In this document: positions 11,235 to 41,916 of the stretch, piece by piece | Position numbering within the stretch: position 1 is the first letter of the stretch | How the letters are laid out: each line of letters opens with the position of its first letter | Assembly: GCA_964057225.1 (NCBI GenBank) | Contig: OZ059896.1 | Coordinates: 10,354,001-10,418,000 of the forward strand | Direction: 5' to 3' | DNA from: Auanema rhodensis | Lineage: Eukaryota > Animalia > Nematoda | DNA: 64,000 nt | Notes under the pieces: model-generated | What the model was told of the DNA's origin: nothing | Seen by the model: only the letters and a program-made list of their open reading frames with translations | The model's database searches: none | Translations under genes and position numbers: made by a program

Positions 11235-11651
11235 GGGGAGAAAAACATAAAAGTAAAAGATCTTTTAATTTTCATTATTTATTGTTGCCAAGGTTATACA
11301 GTATTGTCACTAATCAGAAATAGTTTTCTTAGTATGCCAAGGTGTTATCGAACGTGTAAATAGCTTTCGTAAACCCATTCTGTCATCAATATTAATAAAT
11401 GACATATTTTATTTTATATGAACTAATTGCGCATTTTGTAATTCTGCCGTTAAAGCGAAATTTCTTGTGAGTAAATAAGTGTAGAATGAACGTTATTAAA
11501 TTCCTGATATTATCGTGCACTCTTGCTGCTCAGTGAAATATTATCATCTTTATTATATTCTATTGGTACTATTGTCATCTTTTCATAGAAACCATTCAAT
11601 TAAAACGTTAATAGTTGTTTTGTTCTTAGACAATAAACAGGCGTGCGGAAA

Positions 11652-12955
11652 ATGCCATCAAATGTAGTTAGTTGTGATTGGCTGAAAAATAATTTGGTAT
11701 GTTACCTATCAAAGCTAATTTTTATAAGAATAATTAGGATGATTCTCAAGTAAAGGTTCTTGATGTAACCCATACAATGAAGCCAAAAAGAGATTGGATT
11801 CAGTTTAAAAATGGCGATTTTGGAAATTTCCCGAAACTAATGGCTGAAAATGTAAGAGCATTATTCATTTTAACCTATTGATGTGTCATAGATCGAAACA
11901 GAGTACGTAATTTCCCACATACCAGGTGCTATGCACTTCAATCTTGATGTAGCTTTTTATCCTAGCCAGTAAGTGCTAATATCAGAAATATTATTGACAA
12001 CTGAAATAGATGGGAGAAATCTTCTTTGTACGCGCCAGAGCTCTTCCAAACATACATAAAAATGTTGGGAATTAACAACGATGATCATGTAGTATTGTAT
12101 AGTCGAGGTCCTGCTTCTGGTATGCTCTTTGCTTCAAGAGCTTGGTGGACTTTTAAGGCTTGCTGTTGAGTTACTAGAACTGAGCTCTAAAATAGGACTT
12201 TCAGTTGTATGGCTTTCATAATGTTACGGTATTGAACGGTGGCTTCAGTCAATGGACCAAGTTAGGCTATCCTGTTGATGGAATTCTTCCTACACCCCCA
12301 GTTAGTCTGTTATAATAACTAATGAAAGTATTAAATTTAGTTGGGGAACTTCATTGCTAAGCCAATAAATGAAAAGTTTTTGATCACGTTTGATGAACTG
12401 AATTCAAAGAATCAAGATGGTGAATCACTATTTACTAGTACTGAAAAAGTGAAGCTTTCTTCAGTTTTTGAACAAAATAGGAAATCTTTAGATAAATTAC
12501 ATAGATGCAAGATCATCTGATCAGTTCACAGGAAACGCTCCTCTTGGATTTCCTGCCAAAGGTAATATTTCAAAAATATCGGTTTAATATTTATCTATTT
12601 TCGATGCCACTGGTTCTCATATCAAAGGAGCTATTAATTTTCCATTGAGCAAAGTAGTAGATGAAAATGGTTTGAAGAATAATACAGACATTACACAAGG
12701 TGAAAACATATAATGTGAAAGTTCTCATGATCATTTTCTAGCTCTTCTTGAAGCTGATATTAAAACCGAAAAACCAATTATTATTGCCTGCGGTGGTGGG
12801 ATTCAAGCTTGCGTAATTTTCCTCGCATTGCTCGAAATTGGGCATACTTCTCGTGTTTACAATGTTAGTTATTGTTTTCATCTATCCAACCAATATAATT
12901 CCAGGGGAGCATGGTCGAAATAGCAGCTCGAGCTTCTCATTTAATAGCGGAATAA
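11652..12955 (+). CDS. Two-domain rhodanese / 3-mercaptopyruvate sulfurtransferase (mpst family)
   Basis: VVSCDWLKNNL, SHIPGAMHF, LGINNDDHVVLY, ASRAWWTFK|LYG..VTVLNGGF, IDARSSDQF, GSHIKGAINFP, active-site loop ACGGGIQAC, VYNGSMVE. The start is uncertain, and one GC donor and one non-AG acceptor are required. Confidence 0.85.
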
Positions 12956-13126
12956 TATGGACTTTTACATTAATGTACAATATTGAAACGCGTCTTTTAA
13001 GATTTTAAATGTAATAGTTCTCACTCAGCATGGCTTCATTCCATTATGAAAAATAAATTCGATGATTCATTATATGTAGTAAACTAAGCAAGTAATAACA
13101 ACAACAAGAACTAAAATATTATAATA

Positions 13127-14353
13127 TTAATCTGGATATTCCCTATTGCTGTAACCAGCGTGCAACAAATTGTGAACCTTAGCATGTCCATGCAGACCAC
13201 TTACATCATCCTTTGTTAAACTAAACTGGTATGTGGAGGGAGACTCATTAGGGGGTTTGTCTAAAGCTCTCACTGGAGGCAATGCTCTGACCTGTAATGA
13301 TTCAATGAGCAAAAACCAGATTTAGTATAGCTTACCTTGCGACCAAAATATCCATCTTTTTTATGAAACAGTCCGCTACTCATCTTATACCCAAATCTAC
13401 GATGCATTTGGGCAGATCCATAAATTTTTCCTTCGATATCTGAGTGTGAAAGTCGACCAACAGTCCCCATGCAAGTACGATGCAAAGAGAATTCATGTTT
13501 GTGAGGCAACTGAATACGTTTAATATAAATCAAAAAGGATTAATAATCCTACTCGTATAACAGTGAAATCTCCTTGATGACGAACAATAGTTCCAGCAGT
13601 GCCAGCTTTCACAATAAAAACTTCTGAATCTTCCGATGGATATTTTTCAACACTATTAATCAACGTTCCAGGAGCTAATGATCCTATAGGATAAGCATTT
13701 CCTTCTACCCCTATCACAGGATTTTCGGAAATATGACAAGATGTAGATATAATATCTCCAGCCCTAAAAACCATAGATGTATAAAAAGTTTACTTAGTAA
13801 TTTTACATCATTTTCTCGGTAGCTAAGATCCAACGTTTTCCATTCACCCCAGCAGCTAAAGCTATATGGGAAGAACGATTTGGATCACGTCTAACTTCTA
13901 ATATTCTTTCATCGTAAGTTTGTCCCGGTTCAGAAGGACCCCTAAAACAATTTTCAAAGTAACAGTGACGATGAAGAGCAAACCTTCGATGGAAATCAAT
14001 CATGAAATAATCAAACTTTACTCCTCCACCAATATGTTGATTTACTTTTCGCCCAGTTTCAGGGTTGCGTCCTCCCAATCTTTAAATCAATAAAAAATGC
14101 TATGAAACTTGTAAATTTAAAAACCTGTTAATTTGAAGAGGTTTGTGTGTGTAGTTCCCACCTGTTTTTTCTTCTAAATCTTTTTCATCCCATAAATATC
14201 TTGGTAATGGCTTAGTTCCTCTAGCTGGTAAATTTCTTTTAGCGATAAAAACCTGAAAAAATAAAATAAACAAAACCAAAGTTGTGTACAAACTCTTGCG
14301 GGTTGAGCAACCAATCGTAATGTCTTTAACTCAGAGCATAATGAAGGAATCAT
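13127..14353 (-). CDS. mrpl-2: Mitochondrial ribosomal protein uL2m
   Basis: GGRNPETGRKVNQHIGGG, EVRRDPNRSSHIAL, GNAYPIGSLAPGTLINSVE, AGTAGTI, GTVGRLSH; ATG at 14353 preceded by a TTGCAG acceptor. Confidence 0.93.
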
Positions 14354-14490
14354 CCCTGCAAGTACTCAAACGGTAAAACAAAAATGATAAAGCAGGTATA
14401 AGATATATAACGTTAATCAAAACGCATCTTTTAACATTAAAAAAATTCTAAAGAATATATTACTCTGTGAAACATTATAAACAAACAGAA

Positions 14491-15275
14491 CTAAAACGTT
14501 GGTATAACACAATCTTCTGAAAGATATAAGATACTTGTCTGAGAAAAAAAAAGAGGATTGGGAGAATATAGTGGTAAATCAATGGAATCACATAACGTTC
14601 GGAACTTATTTAAATATGGGTATTCACTTTCTATACCATCTACTCTAGGGTAATCATTGCAAATAAAAATTACTTTTTTCAATTGTTTGCCCCAGTTTAC
14701 TTTCAAATAATCTTCCAGAAGCTGATGTATGCCGTGAATGAGAACTATAACTTCAAAAGAATCATGATTTTTTGCCGTAGCAAAACCAGGGTTCGGAGCA
14801 ATAATGGACACATTTTCTAGATTCTTAAGGTATTCGTTTTCAACGGAAGAACAAACAATTTCCTTAAAAATATTATAGAAGATTAGACAATTATTTAACT
14901 TATGCTACCTGGAAAATCATTTGTGATTTAAAATGCCTTATAAGATTTAAACAAAGGAGTAATTGATGAGCTCCAGGGCACCACGATCCGTCAAAATGTC
15001 CATTTCCAACAAGATAAAACTTCTTGATCTGTTCATCACTTATAATTTTGTTGATTCGTTTTATTATCCATTCACTATAAACCATTCACTACAAGATATT
15101 TAAGATCTCTTTCAACACAGAAAATTGCTTACTCTAAGCCTGATAAAACCATAGACTGTGAACATGTCGCTAAAGCTTTTTTCACAGAGTCTATTGATCC
15201 CGATGGAGGAAGAAAAAACTTCTTCTCACATTTTCTAGATTTTTTTGTTACAATTGTAAAACCGCCATCCTCCAT
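14491..15275 (-). CDS. SRR1-domain protein (SRRD-like)
   Basis: MEDGGFTIVTKK..., LVGNGHF...AHQLLLCL, LIHG..LLEDYLKVNWGKQLKKVIFICND, EYPYLNK...FSQTSI; matches the SRR1 motif order. Confidence 0.72.
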
Positions 15276-15464
15276 ATCCTAAACTTTCATTCTCATACTA
15301 TATATTAAATAAGAACACATTAAAATATATTAAGTTCGAAACAAATAAATAACAAATAAGAAAAAATAATAAAAAAAATTTATATAGGGTGCACCCGACA
15401 AACTTAACAATAATATAACGAACTCTAGAGCAACTAAACACTGAATTATACAACTTCTAACTTA

Positions 15465-16325
15465 TTACCGGTTATCAATGAGAACATGGACTGTCTTTGG
15501 ACGACTCTTAGTTTCAACTAACAAGAAACGCCATTCCCAATTACCATCACGTTGCTCCATTTCTGCTTGAGCGAGACCCTCATCGCGATCACCCTTAACA
15601 ATAAAAAGATAATCAAGTAAGCCTAATTATAATGCATACTTTCAAATGAAAAAGAACGCGAATTCGTTGCTTCCCATCTTTTTCATATTTATGGTGGGCT
15701 ACATGTCGTCTTCTACCACGAGATGTTTCCTCTCCAAAGCCAGCAATAGTACTACCGAAAAGATCCATGCACCGACCATCGTCACGAACCAGAGACAGAG
15801 CTCTAATATAAAAACTTTAACAACAAAAAAAATGTTCTTTATACTTAGTGAATATAGTTTGAGGACTATCAGAAGCGAAAAATTCTCCAGCTAAAAGGTA
15901 AGCAAATGCTCCTAGTAAAGCGACTGCAGCTGCTACAGCGACATATAAAAACGTGTTTGTAGTTTTCTCTACTACCTATAATGGCATTGTACTGGAAAGA
16001 AGCTAATATGAGGAGACTTTTCCAGTGAATGTTGTAGGCTTCTTATCTTGCTTTATGAGAACCTCCTCAAGAATAGATCTTTGTAATTGACCACCCTTTT
16101 CTTCTGGTGCACTCCCGACCTTTAATTCTTTTTCCTTATTAGTCGAGAGATGCCTAACCTCTTGCCTAAAACAGGCTCTTCGGAAAAGCTTTCTGATCTT
16201 ACAAACCTAGTTAAAACTCTAAAAAAAGCGCCCGTTGTTTTTGCTTGTTTTGCAAGGCTATGGTACTCATGTAGACCTTGGCGAGTTAATAAATTAAAAC
16301 GTAAAACAACCACGGGTACCTTCAT
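15465..16325 (-). CDS. timm-21: Mitochondrial import inner membrane translocase Tim21
   Basis: Single TM segment then EFFASDSPQTIF, LFGSTIAGFGEETSRGRRRHVAHHKYEKDGKQRIRVLFHLKG, WEWRFLLVET; ATG at 16325 directly after TTCAG. Confidence 0.92.
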
Positions 16326-16647
16326 CTGAATAATTGATATAAAACAAATATTGAAAAATGGAAAAATAAAATATACACTGGTCAAACAGGCTACAATGAA
16401 TAAGGCTTGTTAAAACAATTTTATATGACCCAATTATCTATACATAAACATCACCAACGCATTAAAGAGAAATAGAACTTTTAACGGTACTTATTGTAGA
16501 AAAACTATCAAAAAGATGGGAGGTGTAAAAATGGGAGTTGACCCGAAAACTGATTCAAAAGCGAACATATTGATTAGATCAATGGTAAGCATGACTAAAA
16601 TTGACTTAAAGAAAATTGATTATATACGAGAATGATAATAATGCTAT

Positions 16648-30833
<14,186 letters not shown>

Positions 30834-31722
30834 GGTAAGAAGACAACAAAATTAAAACTCAAATATACATTGATTCCAAAACGCAAGGAAAACCCGTTGT
30901 GTGGGAAAATCCCTTCAACTGAAATATTTGGATATGAAAGCAATATCGATTCAAACAATAATTGCTGCAAATTAATTCCGTATAATAAATATTTTAAAGT
31001 TTCAGGATTACAATAATAAAACTATTTTTTTTAAGATATTTTTACATATAAAATGTAAAGTGTATATTAATTGAACTTGATCTTCTGTAAATATATTTAT
31101 ACATTTACAAAAATATTAACAAAACCGCATAAGAATAATCATATTCGACATGTAACAGATGACTTTTAAAGGTCTGCTCATACCCACATGGGAAGCAAAC
31201 TTACAGTAGGTTTATCAATAGAGCGCGGTGCTCTAAAATATATGATGATTTAAATTTGCCTTCACAATGGTTTGATCAATAAAGCTAAATATCCAGCAAA
31301 ACCACAAAATATATCTTATTCGTCCCTAGATGACGAAATTATATTAATATTTGAATAATGTATCAGAGATGCCGATGCCCTTAACTCATTTAGCATCAAA
31401 TAGAGTGCCATTTGAAAATTTTCCCTGGTTGATTCATGAGCAATGATCATCTTCATATCTAAACAGTTCGGAAAAGTGTATGAAGATAACTGGTTTCTGG
31501 TATAATGTTCAGAAAAATAATACTTAATGATATATACAAGCTGAAATACACTTAAAAATTGTCTTACCATTAGTTTTTTCATTAAACATGTTCCTATTAC
31601 TATTTTATGCAGATGGAACATTCTCCAGGAGCCCACAAAAAATATTTTAATCTTCTTCACTTCAGAATGTATAAGAATGGTAAAAAGTTGAGAAATATTC
31701 TACATTTTCAAGGAGACCCCAG

Positions 31723-31856
31723 GGCTTCGATCATACATTTTTCTGAAATCCTTTGAAGTATACGGATGGAAGTGGGAGGAATTCTATTTCGAACTCAAAG
31801 GCTTCATTTCAATTTGATATTTCATTTTCACTACATTTTAATCCGAAGCCAATTGA
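31723..31856. promoter_or_regulatory. Cluster of three GAAGCC (ASE motif / CHE-1) cores upstream of the gcy gene
   Basis: GGCTTC 31723-31728, GGCTTC 31800-31805, GAAGCCAATTGA 31845-31856 (full GAADCMNHNNNH match), all within 200 bp of the ATG. Confidence 0.55.
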
Positions 31857-31919
31857 AGAGGCTGCTTAAATACTGTATTTGAAAGTTGTTCACAATCTTG
31901 CCAGTTATACTCGTGAGCG

Positions 31920-36586
<4,667 letters not shown>

Positions 36587-36708
36587 ATTGTAGTTTATTA
36601 CAAAAAATTAGCAAAATGAACGGATGTTTTACTCGAGCGATTGTATTAGCAAATTACGTTTATTTTTGCATTTGTTGTAAACCTGTAACAAAATTAATAA
36701 TGAACCAA

Positions 36709-37749
36709 TCAAAGATTAATTTCAAATGGTTTCCATGTTATCAATTCTTTCCGGGAAAAAAGTTGTCGACGTTACAAACTAAATGCCGATAATAAAAAAA
36801 CTGAAATCAAAAAACAATTAAATGCAAATCACCTCAATCGTTATGTTTCCTATAGAATCAGGTGTAGCATCATTAAAATCAGGTGAAAACTCTGCCGTAG
36901 CTAAAATGACCGCCTAAATGTATTTTTAAAGGTTAAAACTTTGCAGGTACTTCACTTTTTTCACGTTTGTTAATGCTCTGGTCAAAGCTACAAAATGATT
37001 AGGAGATATATCATTTTCTATAAAAACACCAGCAGACGCATGATAATTATTCGGACATTCTTTATATAATACTGAAATATTTTCTATAGCTTTAAACCCA
37101 TAAAACAACTATAACTAACAGTATTGACAGCCATAAGTTAATCCAGATCTTACACACCACCCAATATTTCGTAATTTATTATATACTGCCATTTTTTTAT
37201 AGAATGAAGTACCACCACCTTGGGTCTTCAAAAACATCCATAAATCCTCTTTAAAAATAATTTTAAAATATATAAGATTCATAAAATGAAACCGGATGAA
37301 ACCACTTGTTCGTTTTCGTAGACACAAATAGATTTTTTCACATAGAACAGGTAATAAATTTCTTCTAAGCTCAGTTCTAAACTACATTCTCCAATACGCA
37401 TACCTTCAAAAAGCAAATCTAGCTTGAAATATAAAACAAAAGCTAAATCACCTCCCCAGTTATTGTCTGCTCCAGAAGGCAAACTTGAAAAAACGTCTGG
37501 ATTCACATTATTTTGTCGTTCACCCAGTGTATGCCCATACTTACCCTAAACAGAATAGTGTTTTCCTTTTCAATTACAAACACAAGAAATTATTCATATT
37601 ACCATTCTAGACAGATACACTGCAGCATTCATATCATTAACTCTAAACAGACCGCCCTGTCTATGCACTGATATAACATCAGGCGGCTTTAATGAACATG
37701 ATTGAGGTATCCTGCCGTACTTTTTATATTGAAAGCTTAATAAGTCCAT
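36709..37749 (-). CDS. tsen-2: tRNA splicing endonuclease catalytic subunit Sen2
   Basis: GKYGHTLG, LELSLEEIYYL, AVYNKLRNIGWCVRSGLTYGCQY|LLYKECPNNYHASAGV, TRALTNVKK, ITWKP; catalytic Tyr/His/Lys positions present. Confidence 0.85.
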
Positions 37750-37977
37750 ACTAAAAATTATATGTAATATAAATTAAATAATGTATAAAAATAAAAATCG
37801 ATCTGATCAATCTACCCCTTAAAAAGTAACTTTTGAAAATATTTATTAATGAATGATACGCTAGTTTTGTTTGAATAATTAATACAATTTTTCTGTATTT
37901 ATCACAGCTTATAGGAAAAAAGGCACAAAAATATTAATTTTACCCCAGAATATGAATATTTGAGCAAGATAAGGCAA

Positions 37978-40319
37978 TTATGGCTTCCAAAGTTGTTCAA
38001 CTTCTCCCATTACACGAAGACAAACTTCCTCTTCGAAAGGTAGAGCAACTACCTGAACAGCAACAGGAAGTCCAATGCTTTTAGAACAAGCATCTCGAAC
38101 GATCCGATAAGCAAAATTGTAGCCTAAATGCAGTATTCGGTAGGAAATAATGTGACTATAATATACTAACCAACAGGAAACTCCTTCTCATCCATCAGGG
38201 CAGCATCGTCTTCTAGTGTTACAGTACCAGTAGGTACAACACCGGCCGGGAAATCAATTAGATTATAAAGAGCAGTTGACACAGCAGCCATAGCCATTCG
38301 GGATGGGTAGTTATGAGGTACAGCAGGACCTATATAGAGAAATCAGCTATTGAATAAGGTGCAGACTAACTTATAAAGGCTGGACAAACCAATGCATCGA
38401 TGCCTAGACTTTTCCAGTAATCAATAAACTGAAGAAAAGAAGAATACAACAATATACAAATAAATACATACTTTCAGGCGATAATCATCAACCTGTTCAT
38501 TGGTTAAGCGTAAGTCTTCCAATCCACTAACATATGATTGCGTGATAATAGATAACTGTGGACTTATACGAGAGAGGATATGAGAAGCAATCCAGCGAAT
38601 AGGCCGTGGAATCTATTAACAGTAGCAAACTTTGTCAGTTATGATTGAATGCATACCATCAACAATGTAGCAAATTGTTTCAAATATGGATCTACAATGT
38701 CATTTTCAAACAAAGAACGCGCATACGCACCCCCGTCAGGCATTAGTTCCTATAATTAATGTAATAACAATTGTTAATAAGAAAAACAACTTTATAAACA
38801 AGAGTTGCCATCATATCAACGTCTGGAACAGTAAATCGAACCATAGTGTGTCCGTTAGACTTCAGTTTCTCTACAGTATCAAGTACTGCCCGCCTCATTC
38901 TGGAGGTTACAACAATTCTTTTCCAATTCATTAGTATTAAAAAACTTACGATGGCACAGGTAAGCAAAATCCATCATTATCGAAATATCCAATTCTCAAT
39001 GGACGCTTCTCTTTAATGATCTATGTTTTTCAACAATATTAAAAAAAGCAGAGGCAATGATTAACCGAATGTTTCAAAGGCGACTCCACGGACACAGGTG
39101 TTACTTTTCTATATTCCAAAGTTCCAATAGTATTTTCCAGTAAAAGAATTTGTTCTTCGACGCTTTTTGAGAAAAATCCAAAGCTTAAGCCAAAACGTGA
39201 TCGACCAGGAACACCACCATGTGATCCCGTGACAACAAAGCGATCTGAATGGAAGCGTTATTTATAGTTTGTATGTTGTAAGTGCCTTGGGTTGGTTTAA
39301 GAGTTGTGATACCACACATTGTAGCAGGAATACGAAGACTTCCTGCCAAATCACTACCAATCGTGAAAGCTGCACCGCCAGCAGCCAAAAGAGAAGCATC
39401 ACCCCCAGATGAACCACCAGGTGTTCTAAAATTCCAGATACCAATGTATTTTAATGAGATTAACCTTGTCGTATCATGTGGATTGAGTGTGGTTCCATAT
39501 ACCGAGTTGGTACATACAAAGGACAACAGTGCTTGTGGAACATTAGTTCTTACGAATGGTACAGCACCCATATTCAAAAGATGCGTAACAAAAGAACAAT
39601 CTCTAGATTTTGGTTGCTCGACAAATTTTGCTAAGCCAAGAGGACAATCATAGCCATTCATCTATAATTGAGGAGATAGAACTTTAATTTCGAATAGCAC
39701 GCACGTAAAAGTTATCTTTTACACTGCAAGGCAAACCAAAAAAGGGAGGCTTATTAGATTTACCTCTCCACTTATTATCCAAAGATTGAGCAACATCAAA
39801 CGCCTACAACTTAAAACGATTAGAACAGCCTCTCGTCAAATATCACTTCTTTGATAATGACAGTACAACAATTAATTCTTTCTTGAATTTGTAGCATTTT
39901 CCAAACAAATGCTTCAAGTGTTTCACAGGCCGAGTATTCATCATTTTGTAATTTTTCTAGAAACAATCAAGATCAGGGGACCACTCAAAGCTCTCAATAT
40001 AAAACCTCTCAATGTTATTAGAGGAAGTTCCACTATTTCCTTGCGTTTAGCTATTATATCCTTGTCTTCAGTTTCAACCCGCTCAGCCCACTGATGAAAC
40101 TCATCAATCCTTTTTTTATTTACCCTCTCTAATGCTCTTTTTTGATAAGTAGTAGTACTCCATGGCTAAAACAAATTTATGATAAGTAATATATATTTCT
40201 ACCACCTTCATAATAATAATTTTGAAAACTAAATATAATACGACAAAACACCATAAAATGGTTTGTAATATAAGGCTAGTTGTCCAATTAATCGGAGAAC
40301 TCACCAGTGTATTTCCCAT
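37978..40319 (-). CDS. faah: Fatty acid amide hydrolase (amidase signature family)
   Basis: N-terminal TM; [14 protein letters not shown] (catalytic Lys), [34 protein letters not shown] (nucleophile Ser), [32 protein letters not shown]. Confidence 0.93.
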
Positions 40320-40493
40320 ACTGATTCAATATCCTAAGATAACTTAAGTTTTCAAAAAGAAATCACTTTAAATAACTAGGAATTAGAGGGAATTCATCCA
40401 CACTAACGAGACTTATAAAAATATTATTCATTGATCAAATTTAGCAAGCTAAAGTGCTAACACCTAAGAAATAAAACATCTCATTCTACAAAA

Positions 40494-41040
40494 TTATTCA
40501 AAAACATCTTCTTTGTCACAAATGTATTGGAAAATGTCTTTTGGAGTCTTGAACTTATCAGCATCACCATCGGGAATTTCGAATCTTAATTAGAAATTAA
40601 AACATAAAATAATTTGTTCAATACTCACCCAAATTCTTCTTCCATTGCCATTACCATTTCAACATGATCCAAGGAATCCAAACCCAAATCCTAAGATAAC
40701 AAAAGAACGGTTTAATCTTTAATATTTAAAGCGTACTTTAGAGAAATCGGAATCCATAGTCAATTTTTTGGGATCAATCTTATCATACAAACTTAAAACA
40801 AGAATGATTCTTTCCTCTAGTGTTTTCTTGGTTAAAGGAGCCTTAAAACAAATAATAAACGAAAACATCGATACTTGTGTTTTTTTTTACCTTGGCCGAG
40901 TATGAACGGATAGGAGTAAAATTTGAATGTCTAATTTCTGTGCAAGCAACGAGTGGACGTGCAACTATTCCAGAAAAACCCCTAGAGATTGCCGAAGCCT
41001 TGCAAGAAAGTCTTGCGAGAGCAGCTACATTTCGTAGCAT
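40494..41040 (-). CDS. NDUFAB1: Mitochondrial acyl carrier protein (NDUFAB1 orthologue)
   Basis: Mitochondrial presequence [67 protein letters not shown] with the phosphopantetheine Ser. Confidence 0.95.
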
Positions 41041-41532
41041 TTTCAACCTAAGCAAAGAAATATATCAAGCAATTCTGAAGCTAAAAATTAAAAGTATATA
41101 AAATAATCGGTAAAGATTCTTCTACAGTTGTTTTGACATCGGTCGTTTAAATTAAAAGTTTTATTCATTTACGCAGTAACAGTTGGTTTTGCCTAACGTC
41201 TGTTTTGAACTTATCATGTGTAGAGGGCAGGTATGAATTATTAGTCTCATAATAACTAGGGAATTGAAAGGTAAAACATTAAAGTAATATATCCTTTATA
41301 AAACTATCATTGTTAAACTGATCTTGGTTTAAAGCTACCAATACTTCTTTTGGGAGAATATTTATTCTTTTCATTATCATTGTATTTTTGACCATAATTT
41401 GAATTTAAAATGTATTAGAGTTTGATCAGTTTTTACATTAAACAATTATTAATGAAGAAATCATACATAAAGATCCAAAAATTCTCACAATATGTTTATA
41501 TAATCCTATATGATAAAGGTTATCATATCGTA

Positions 41533-41593
41533 TATCAGTAAAATTGAACCTCACCAGCTGCTTATCTGTTAAATTGAATCTCACCAGCTGCTT
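41533..41593. repeat. 30-bp tandem duplication, each unit carrying CAGCTG
   Basis: TATCAGTAAAATTGAACCTCACCAGCTGCT / TATCTGTTAAATTGAATCTCACCAGCTGCT. Confidence 0.85.
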
Positions 41594-41772
41594 CATTGAT
41601 ATCATAAATCGATTCAAGCTTATACAAGCTCATTAAACCATGAGGCTTGAATTAATTTTCCTCTTGATATTTGGCAGCTCTTTCAAAGTAAGGCACATTT
41701 GACAAATATGAATTATTACATTCTTGCTCACACCTTGCGGTGCCTGTGGACTAACTTTTAAGAAAAAAAGCT

Positions 41773-41822
41773 TCTTTTAATATTGTGATATGTCTTTTAA
41801 TAGTGTGATATGTCTTATAATA
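41773..41822. repeat. 20-bp tandem repeat (~2.5 units)
   Basis: TCTTTTAATATTGTGATATG / TCTTTTAATAGTGTGATATG / TCTTATAATA. Confidence 0.8.
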
Positions 41823-41916
41823 AACCTGATATTGTTGCAAGTTTGTCTTTAACATTATATAGCTTCTTTTTTATTTATAATATAGCAACAAATGAATCCT
41901 TATACAATAGATTAGC

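Noticed and set aside
11486-11640. Possible signal-peptide exon (MNVIKFLILSCTLAAQ) for the rhodanese
   Set aside because: The donor phase does not fit the available acceptors in the rhodanese frame; ATG 11652 after an AG is simpler.
31316-31660. 114-aa minus-strand ORF between eel-1 and gcy
   Set aside because: GTG start, AT-rich promoter-region composition and no recognisable motif.
39262-39653. Extra ORFs overlapping FAAH
   Set aside because: Shadows of the amidase-signature exons.
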